Of a stretch of 64,000 nucleotides of DNA, positions 57,037 through 64,000 are shown one piece after another. Position 1 is the first letter of the stretch. Each line of letters opens with the position of its first letter. The DNA comes from Bacteroidota bacterium (GTDB taxonomy: Bacteria; Bacteroidota; Bacteroidia; UBA8524): NCBI GenBank assembly GCA_016124735.1, contig WGMZ01000030.1:8454-72453 (forward strand), given 5' to 3'. The notes under the pieces are model-generated. The model saw only the letters and a list, made by a program, of their open reading frames with translations. It did no database searches and was not told the DNA's origin. Position numbers and translations under genes: made by a program.

Positions 57037-58998
57037 ATGAAGAGAATTATACTCCTATTGGCAGTTCTGTTAATCACTGCCACTGCAAGTGATGCACAAA
57101 TCGCAAAGACCCGTGTGGTCCTTATTCAGGCAGAAGTTGAATCAGCCCCTGCGCATATAAAACTTAGCTGGGATAATGCAGCGGGTTCTCTGGGATACAC
57201 AGTATACCGGAAAGCTCCCGGCGACTGGACCTGGCAGGAGCAAAAAGCCCTGGGTGCCACAGACACTGTATTTACTGATACAACAGTACATGTTGGACAG
57301 GTATATGAATATTTGGTTGACCGCCAAATCAACGGAGCCCATTTATACGGCCAAATTGCCTGCGGCATCGAAGTGGAAGCAATTCACTACCGCGGAGAGG
57401 TTTTCATCGCGGTAGATAGTGCATTGAATGCCTCGATTCCCGACGCATTGCACAAATTTTATATGAATCTCGTGGGAGATGGATGGCGCGTGAATCCTGT
57501 AGTTACTTCTGCCAACTGGACTGTACCCGACTTGAAAGACACAATCAAAGCATGGCATCTCCTAAACCCTCATCGGCACAATTCTTTATTGCTGCTGGGA
57601 AACATACCTGTACCCTATTCCGGAAACCTCAATCCCGATGCACATCCGGATCATAAAGGGGCTTGGCCTGCCGATGTTTTTTATGGAGAATTCAACTATT
57701 CCTGGACCGACGTGGGTACCTATACCGACGCAACGCGCGCAGCCAATATCAATTTGCCTGGCGACGGCAAATACGATCAAACGATCATTCCAGGTGAATT
57801 GGGCTTGCAAATTGGCAGGGTTTATCTCGATGATCTTGGAACATTAGGACTGGGACGCGACAGCCTCTATACCCGTTACCTGGAAAAAGATCAATCTTTC
57901 CGCATGAATGAATGGAATGTACCGCGCAGAGGCTTGGTAGATGATGTTTTAAATGCCCTGGGAGGAGAATATCCTGGTCGCAATGGATTTCAAAATGCCA
58001 ATGCCATGTTTGGAATTGATGGCTGCATTACTTCCTATGATACCTTCATCAATATTCTTCGTACTGAGCCATACCTCTTCAGTCATGCCAGCTCTACGGG
58101 TGGTTTTACCAGCAATAAACAGCTGAACTCCACGATGTTCAAATTGCCCACCTATTCTGTATTTCAAACTTCATTTGGAAGCTATCACGGCGATTGGAAC
58201 AATAGCAATAATTTGCTGCGGGCAGAAATTGCAGGTCCTGGTTATGGTTTAACCTCCGTTTGGGCAGGTCGGCCTCAATGGCATTTTCATACGATGACCA
58301 TGGGTTATCCCATTGGTTATTCTGCCTGGTTAACACAAAACAATTTCATTGATGGAAATCACCAAACCTACGACCCCGGTTACGGTGCAGGGTGGGTGCA
58401 TGTGACCCTGATGGGAGATCCAACTCTCCGTTTGCATATGATGAACCCGGCTTCGAACTTGTCCGCCCAGTCGAATAGCTCGGAAGACGCAGTGACGCTC
58501 ACATGGAATGCGTCCAGTGATCCCGAGGTCATTGGATACATGGTATACCGTTCAGACTCTTTGTTTGGAATCTGGAATCAGGTGAATACCTCTGCCGTTT
58601 CAGGTAATAGCCTGACAGACGATCATCCGCTCCCCGGAAATAATGTGTATATGGTGCGCGCATTGAAGCTGGAGAAATCTGCCGGTGGATCCTACTTCAA
58701 TATGAGCCAGGGAACCTTCACATGGGTCACGGCGAAAAATGGTGACGGCAGCATTACAAATACTGTATTGCCGGAAAATCTTAAAATCCGTCTTTACCCC
58801 AATCCAAGTAACGGAATATTTATCATAGAGATGAATGATTTTGAGCCACATGAAATAGAAATCTACGATTTAACCAGCAAAATGATCCATAAGCAAAGAA
58901 TTGCGCACAAAACCAGAATAGACTTATCTGCTTTCCCTGGCGGTATTTATATCGTTCGTTGTGGAGACATTTCACAAAAAATCGTGTTAAGCAGATGA
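57037..58998 (+). CDS. Secreted Fn3-containing protein with gingipain/PorU (C25)-like central region and T9SS type A sorting domain
   Basis: ATG at 57037 gives MKRIILLLAVLLITATASDAQ. Fn3-like segments are present (LSWDN..GSLGYTVYRK; LTWNASSDPEVIGYMVYRS). The C-terminus is LYPNPSNGIFIIEM...GIYIVRCGD. Confidence 0.7.
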   Translation: MKRIILLLAVLLITATASDAQIAKTRVVLIQAEVESAPAHIKLSWDNAAGSLGYTVYRKAPGDWTWQEQKALGATDTVFTDTTVHVGQVYEYLVDRQINGAHLYGQIACGIEVEAIHYRGEVFIAVDSALNASIPDALHKFYMNLVGDGWRVNPVVTSANWTVPDLKDTIKAWHLLNPHRHNSLLLLGNIPVPYSGNLNPDAHPDHKGAWPADVFYGEFNYSWTDVGTYTDATRAANINLPGDGKYDQTIIPGELGLQIGRVYLDDLGTLGLGRDSLYTRYLEKDQSFRMNEWNVPRRGLVDDVLNALGGEYPGRNGFQNANAMFGIDGCITSYDTFINILRTEPYLFSHASSTGGFTSNKQLNSTMFKLPTYSVFQTSFGSYHGDWNNSNNLLRAEIAGPGYGLTSVWAGRPQWHFHTMTMGYPIGYSAWLTQNNFIDGNHQTYDPGYGAGWVHVTLMGDPTLRLHMMNPASNLSAQSNSSEDAVTLTWNASSDPEVIGYMVYRSDSLFGIWNQVNTSAVSGNSLTDDHPLPGNNVYMVRALKLEKSAGGSYFNMSQGTFTWVTAKNGDGSITNTVLPENLKIRLYPNPSNGIFIIEMNDFEPHEIEIYDLTSKMIHKQRIAHKTRIDLSAFPGGIYIVRCGDISQKIVLSR

Positions 58999-59570
58999 AA
59001 TTAGATGCAGAATACTGGGACCAGCGCTACCGACAGGAAGAAACGAGCTGGGATTTAGGATCTGTGGCTCCTGCAATGAGAAAGTATTTTAATTCGATGG
59101 ACAAGAATGCTGCGGTGCTGATTCCAGGATGCGGAAATGCGCATGAAGCGAACTTACTATTGGAAAAAGGATTTCAAAATGTGACGGTGCTGGATATCTC
59201 CCCTACTTTAACCAATCAATTGGCCGACAAATGGAAAGGGATCAAAGAAGTACAGGTTATTTGTGAAGATTTTTTCGAGCATATTGGCAGCTACGATTAT
59301 ATCGTTGAGCAAACCTTTTTCTGTGCTTTGCCTCCATTCAGAAGAAAAGATTATGTAGTAAAGATGAAATCACTTCTCAAACCCGGTGGAAAACTATTCG
59401 GATTAATGTTCGACTGCGATTTTGCTCATGACGGACCTCCCTTTGGAGGTTCTGGAAATGAATACGAATTGCTCTTCAAGAAATATTTTACCCATGTGCG
59501 GGTAGAGAAAAGCAAAGACTCCGCAAAACCCAGACTGGGACGGGAAGTTTTTATTGAAGTATTCAATTAA
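58995..59570 (+). CDS. SAM-dependent methyltransferase (TPMT-like)
   Basis: ATG at 58995 forms an ATGA overlap with the upstream stop. The sequence MKLDAEYWDQRY....TSWD... followed by VLIPGCGNAHEA and VLDISP resembles thiopurine/halide methyltransferase family members. Confidence 0.7.
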   Translation: MKLDAEYWDQRYRQEETSWDLGSVAPAMRKYFNSMDKNAAVLIPGCGNAHEANLLLEKGFQNVTVLDISPTLTNQLADKWKGIKEVQVICEDFFEHIGSYDYIVEQTFFCALPPFRRKDYVVKMKSLLKPGGKLFGLMFDCDFAHDGPPFGGSGNEYELLFKKYFTHVRVEKSKDSAKPRLGREVFIEVFN

Positions 59571-59670
59571 CCTTCCAGGTTCAGGCCGAAACCGGGAGAG
59601 CCTGTTATCGGCCTGAACGCCAGAGTCATGATTGAGCAGATCGTCGACAATGGCTGGAAGGTTTTCTTTT
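59571..59670 (+). terminator. Nested stem structure plus U-run directly after the methyltransferase stop (complex terminator or structured RNA)
   Basis: The outer stem CCTTCCAG (59571-78) / CTGGAAGG (59654-61) is a perfect 8 bp. The inner stem GTTCAGGCCGA (59579-89) / TCGGCCTGAAC (59608-18) is a perfect 11 bp. TTTTCTTTT follows at 59662-70. Confidence 0.35.
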
Positions 59671-59776
59671 GAGACTTTTAATGCAAACGAAAAAAATCGC
59701 CCTATAGTTTAAAATCCGTCGAGATTTTTCGATTTATAAGATGACCTTCAAGCAGCGAAAAAGGTTGCCAGGAAAA

Positions 59777-60733
59777 TTATTTTTTTTTCAAATTTATCCA
59801 GGGCAACTCACTAACCACTTTGGATTGGAGTTCTTTATTATGTTCTAAAAATTGCCTATGCTCCTGTGAATCAGGAAATCGTGGAATATGAGAAAGGCCA
59901 TTTCTTAACTGCTTTAAAACCGGCAATTGTGCCCGTGTAAAGTCATCCATACAATTTTTACAAAATTCTTCAAATACAGATTCTGTTCCCGCATAATTGG
60001 GATGCACCAGATCCGCATCATAAAAGCGATAATCGCGCAGCACATCAATCAGCCACTCATAGGAAGGGAAATAATGCACATGAGCATTTTGTTCTTTCAG
60101 CCTATGCACTGCCTCAATCAATCTTCCTTTTGAGCGATTATTGGCTACCACACCATCGCGAATATGACGAACCGGGCTCACGGTGAGAATAACCTGAATG
60201 TCGGAGTATTTCTCATACAGCGTATTCAGCATGCTCTGCATTCTTTCCTCAATAAAGGATACACTCAATAATTCCTTGGTAAATGTCTGCGCAGGGAAGC
60301 GGTGACAATTCGCCACTAAGGCTCCTGTCTCATTGTAACGATATGCGAATGCAGAACCAAGAGTAATAATAAGATGCCTGCATTCAGAAAGAAAGGAACG
60401 AATTTTCTGAATGGCCTGATTTTGCAATGCTATTGCCTCATCGAGATTGATTGAACTTAAGTCGGAATGAAAATTCAGATTCTGGTATTTCTCATTCAAA
60501 TAAATTTGATCTTTTTCCTGGACCTCTTCATTATTTAAGGCCATTTCCAAATGCCTGACGATGGAATCCGGATCAAATACTATACTGCTCGGATTTGCCT
60601 CTACTTTGAAAAATAACTTTTCCAAGGCGTTTCCTACATTGTTCGTAAAGCATGACCCTATTAAAAGTATTGGATGACTATGATGTATCAATACACGGGG
60701 ACTCTCAAAAGGCAAATCAAGCATCCATTTCAT
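59777..60733 (-). CDS. GSCFA-domain protein
   Basis: The N-terminal segment ILLIGSCFTNNVG carries the name-giving GSCF(A/T) motif. The protein is 318 aa. Confidence 0.75.
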   Translation of the reverse strand: MKWMLDLPFESPRVLIHHSHPILLIGSCFTNNVGNALEKLFFKVEANPSSIVFDPDSIVRHLEMALNNEEVQEKDQIYLNEKYQNLNFHSDLSSINLDEAIALQNQAIQKIRSFLSECRHLIITLGSAFAYRYNETGALVANCHRFPAQTFTKELLSVSFIEERMQSMLNTLYEKYSDIQVILTVSPVRHIRDGVVANNRSKGRLIEAVHRLKEQNAHVHYFPSYEWLIDVLRDYRFYDADLVHPNYAGTESVFEEFCKNCMDDFTRAQLPVLKQLRNGLSHIPRFPDSQEHRQFLEHNKELQSKVVSELPWINLKKK

Positions 60734-60759
60734 GTTCCGAAATTATTGCATGACGGGTC

Positions 60760-60785
60760 AAAAAAAAAGCCGCTCAATGAGCGGC
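60760..60785 (-). terminator. Intrinsic terminator after the PKD-domain adhesin gene
   Basis: On the minus strand, GCCGCTC-ATT-GAGCGGC is followed by a run of nine T. It starts 21 nt after the stop at 60807. Confidence 0.6.
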
Positions 60786-60806
60786 TCTTTTAACTTATTC
60801 TTTTAT

Positions 60807-63800
60807 TTACCTGATCAATGTAATCGTACCGTTATAGGTCTGTTCAGGTAAGCCACGCAATTGATAATTAACAACTACATAGTAAACACCCGCGGGTAAA
60901 TCCGCACCGGTATTGTTTTTCTTGCCGTTCCAGGATACATCCGGGGTTGTACTTTGAAATACCAACTCAGAATAGCGATTGTAAATCTTGATTTCGTATT
61001 TCGTCCATCCTTTGATTTGAACTTTGAACGAATCGTTCTTATCATCACCATTTGGTGTAAATACGTTCGGTATCTTGATATCCACGTCAAAGTGGTTGTA
61101 TATCGTTGCACACGCTGTATCGTAACAACCTTCAGGACTCAATACCACCAGACATACGTCAAAGCTATCGGTATGGTCGCCATAATTATGCTGTGCATTC
61201 GGACAATTTACAGGATCCACGCTCGGACATTTTGTAAAATTATCTCCATCTCCGAATCTCCACCACGACTCCTTATAGTTCGTCGAATTGTTGGTGAATT
61301 TGAAAAGTGGCATCGCCGTAGTATCTACAGAAAAATTAGCATTTACATCGCGTACAATCACCTTGATCGCTTTGGATTCACGGCATTTTGGTTCTCCGGG
61401 CTTCGGTGTGTAATCCGGATGCAGCCTTACAATATAAGTCCCCACACTTTTGTAAGAATGCTGTACCACTCTGCCTGTATCACGTCCAAGGGTAAGAACT
61501 GTTTGATCTCCAAAGTCCCAGATAAAGGTTGTATACGTAGTATCCGAAGTATCGGTAAATGTGATAATCTCATTCGGACAAACCTCCACTTTGGATGGAA
61601 TAAAGTCCACTTTTTTCTCTGGTAATACAGTCACGGATATTTTCCGCGGACTTGGGAATGAATCGCGACACACCTCACCTGTCAGCGGCACAATATCTTT
61701 CTGCAACAGACTAATCTCATAAACTCCAGCAGAATCGTAGGTATGATAGATTACAGTATCCGATTGTGTGGTAATACTTGAGTTATCTCCAAAGTACCAC
61801 GTCCATTCTGAATTAGGAGAAGCATCGATAGAGAAGTTTCCAAGGTAAACTGTATAAGGTACACAACCTATTGAGTCGATGGTGAAATCGAACTTCGGAC
61901 GAGGACCTGCAATAGAGACGGTCCTGGTTAAAGTATCCCAACAATCCATTGCAGTTTGAACCACCAACTTTACATCATAATCCCCATATCGACTGTATAA
62001 GTGCGATGGATTGATAATCGGCTGTGTACCCGGGGTATAGCTGGTTGTATTGATGATTGGAGAGCCGTCTCCGAAATCCCAAACCCAACGAATAATAGAA
62101 TCACATGGATGATGGTAAACCAGTTTACATGGGTCATAGCAAATGGAAGAATCGAAGAAGTTCACAATTGGTTTACAATTACCAATGTTCACTGTGTAGT
62201 TAAAGTTGGCATTGCCACCGGTAACATCCACCTGGGTTCTCATGGTATCACGGCACCCTGTTGAATCCACAAATTCAGCCTGAATAATATAGTGTCCGGG
62301 AACGTTAAAGCTTGCTACAATAGATGGCCATTGTGCTTTGGTAAACCCAACACCTTGTCCAAAGTCCCAGTTTATTTTTTCGTATTTCTTAGGGTTCAGG
62401 CTTCGGGGTGTTACTCCATCAGCTTCAAATTCATAATTTCCATGATTCGCAATGGTATCATACATCCAGTAATCCCATGGCACAAATTGAGCTCCCGTGA
62501 CCGGATCAGGATCGAGTAAAAGGTAAAGTGACTTGTGATTGAATTCTACCACATCGTTTCTGCATATCAACGATTTGTCCTGAGAAATAACCTTTGCAAA
62601 ACCAACCACTACGTGATGCACCGAAGAAGTATTGGTACATCCATCGCGTGTAATGGAGGATGCCAAGACATTATAACGTGCATCTTCTCTGAAAGTAAGC
62701 CTGCGTTTTGTTTTAATTTTCAATTCAGAACCACAACCTTCCTGACCACCAACATTCGGAGTCCAAACTGTTGAGTCTATCTTTTTAGGTATTCCAGTTC
62801 TATCTACATAGAAAGTTAGTATATAGTTGATATACTGCTGAGTCCGTGCGTCCCATTTATGACGATACACAGAGTCGATATAGGTAAATCCTTTATTGAA
62901 GTCATTATCCAATGTAAAATCCACTCCCACATTGATCATCATCGCATCCAAACTGTCATGATACTCACGAATGAAAGTCAATTCAACTTCTAATGGATGA
63001 CATCCGTATACTGTGTCCAGCGTAAATTCAGGATCAGAATTAGTATAGTGTAACATGTCATGGTACCATTTCTCATCAATACATGGTTGATGTGTATATG
63101 GATCGTAGCCATTTTGAATACGAAGACCAACGGTAATATGTCCGCAGCTATCAGCCAGTTTACCAGTGTAATCGTAGTAAATCTGGTTAGGGAATTGAGG
63201 CAGGTTCAAAGTTCCCAAAGGCCATGGAGTGGTAGGATTCAAAAGGAATCCAATTTGTGGTGTCCACTTATCCAATACGGTTGGGGTTAAATCCCTCCGG
63301 TCCAGTAAGGAGTCAAAGTTCATCCACACATACTGCCGTGTGCAGCTTGGTTTGGTTCCGGACCAGTCAAAATTAACCCCGTAAGTTGGGTTCGAACCCA
63401 AACAAAATACTCCTTTGGCAGGCTTCACCTTCATGCCGGCGGCATTCGGACCTTCGAGTGCCAAGAGCACCGTTGTTTCCGATTTACAATCATTCCCGTT
63501 CAAATGGTTCGGATTGATATACCATTTACTATAAGTCGTATCATAACCGGCAAGGAATCGCTTCGCAGGATTTTTATCTCGTTTATAATCAGTTTTCAAA
63601 TCCGGACACCAGGTGGTATAATTCCAGGCGGTATCTCCATTAATAAAGAGTGGAGGATAGTCGAATACAGGCGTAAGTGTTCTATATTCACCAAAGCGAG
63701 CCGTATCATTGTATACACCTCCCTGGTAATAAATCACCCTGCTAGGGTCCGGTAAACTATCCCGCAAGAAATCATTGTACAGGTTCGTATCCAATACGTT

Positions 63801-64000
63801 GGTTACCAATTTCCATGTAGTGTCACTTGGGTAATAGGCCACCACTTCCCAGTAATGGAAACCCTGTCCGCTTGCTTGCCAAGTGGTATCCTGTAATTGA
63901 AGTTTTACAGTAAAACATCCTTCATGACCTGGGTAATACCAGTGTTTCGGTTTCGGGTCACGGGAAAAATTACAGTTAATCCATTTTCCACTGGTATCCC
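60807..64000 (-). CDS. Large PKD-domain surface protein with T9SS type B (gliding-motility-associated) C-terminal domain; 5' end outside window
   Basis: I read the frame by hand from 63846 to 64000 and it stays open, so the GTG at 63845 in the track is not the real start. Several PKD signatures are present (WDFGDGS, WYFGDNS, WDFGDQT, WRFGDGD). The C-terminus is IPNVFTPNGDDKNDSF...IYNRYSELVFQS...WNG...GVYYVVVNY. Confidence 0.8.
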   Translation of the reverse strand, partial: DTSGKWINCNFSRDPKPKHWYYPGHEGCFTVKLQLQDTTWQASGQGFHYWEVVAYYPSDTTWKLVTNVLDTNLYNDFLRDSLPDPSRVIYYQGGVYNDTARFGEYRTLTPVFDYPPLFINGDTAWNYTTWCPDLKTDYKRDKNPAKRFLAGYDTTYSKWYINPNHLNGNDCKSETTVLLALEGPNAAGMKVKPAKGVFCLGSNPTYGVNFDWSGTKPSCTRQYVWMNFDSLLDRRDLTPTVLDKWTPQIGFLLNPTTPWPLGTLNLPQFPNQIYYDYTGKLADSCGHITVGLRIQNGYDPYTHQPCIDEKWYHDMLHYTNSDPEFTLDTVYGCHPLEVELTFIREYHDSLDAMMINVGVDFTLDNDFNKGFTYIDSVYRHKWDARTQQYINYILTFYVDRTGIPKKIDSTVWTPNVGGQEGCGSELKIKTKRRLTFREDARYNVLASSITRDGCTNTSSVHHVVVGFAKVISQDKSLICRNDVVEFNHKSLYLLLDPDPVTGAQFVPWDYWMYDTIANHGNYEFEADGVTPRSLNPKKYEKINWDFGQGVGFTKAQWPSIVASFNVPGHYIIQAEFVDSTGCRDTMRTQVDVTGGNANFNYTVNIGNCKPIVNFFDSSICYDPCKLVYHHPCDSIIRWVWDFGDGSPIINTTSYTPGTQPIINPSHLYSRYGDYDVKLVVQTAMDCWDTLTRTVSIAGPRPKFDFTIDSIGCVPYTVYLGNFSIDASPNSEWTWYFGDNSSITTQSDTVIYHTYDSAGVYEISLLQKDIVPLTGEVCRDSFPSPRKISVTVLPEKKVDFIPSKVEVCPNEIITFTDTSDTTYTTFIWDFGDQTVLTLGRDTGRVVQHSYKSVGTYIVRLHPDYTPKPGEPKCRESKAIKVIVRDVNANFSVDTTAMPLFKFTNNSTNYKESWWRFGDGDNFTKCPSVDPVNCPNAQHNYGDHTDSFDVCLVVLSPEGCYDTACATIYNHFDVDIKIPNVFTPNGDDKNDSFKVQIKGWTKYEIKIYNRYSELVFQSTTPDVSWNGKKNNTGADLPAGVYYVVVNYQLRGLPEQTYNGTITLIR

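Overview
This 64-kb chromosomal segment looks like a Bacteroidota genome. Supporting signs are T9SS type A and type B C-terminal sorting domains, a lipidated TamL-type Omp85 protein, a BatA-type membrane protein, a TAnnTTTG-like promoter box and several ATGA start/stop overlaps. About 45 protein genes are densely packed on both strands. Housekeeping genes include pyrD, two dihydroorotase homologues, uvrC, tdk, thiolase, TatD, ComEC, a TrmH-family methylase, YigZ and enoyl-CoA hydratase. They are interleaved with envelope and surface functions: a CzcA/TolC/MFP efflux operon at the left edge, six predicted T9SS cargo proteins (three are giant adhesin-like genes), GT2 and GT39 glycosyltransferases, an L,D-transpeptidase and a Wzi-like barrel. 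There is one tRNA-Ser(GGA). I saw no integrase, transposase, CRISPR array, rRNA or recognisable defence system, and nothing I can defend as a complete new system. Six things deserve a second look. (1) A giant adhesin paralogue is split by one in-frame TAA exactly where its neighbour has a conserved Tyr. (2) A 3 x 108-109 bp near-identical tandem repeat lies beside tRNA-Ser, and each unit carries an inverted 18-nt copy of the tRNA trailer. (3) A dihydroorotase-like gene has lost the HxH metal ligands and is translationally coupled to a BatA-like membrane protein and an acidic protein. (4) A DUF3127 OB-fold protein ends in an SSB-like DDLPF tip. (5) A five-gene envelope operon runs M1 peptidase with extension, TAT-exported PLP enzyme, SnoaL-like protein, Cache lipoprotein and a 62-aa protein. 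(6) A nested stem structure follows a methyltransferase gene. All functional calls rest on motif recognition by eye; no database search was run.
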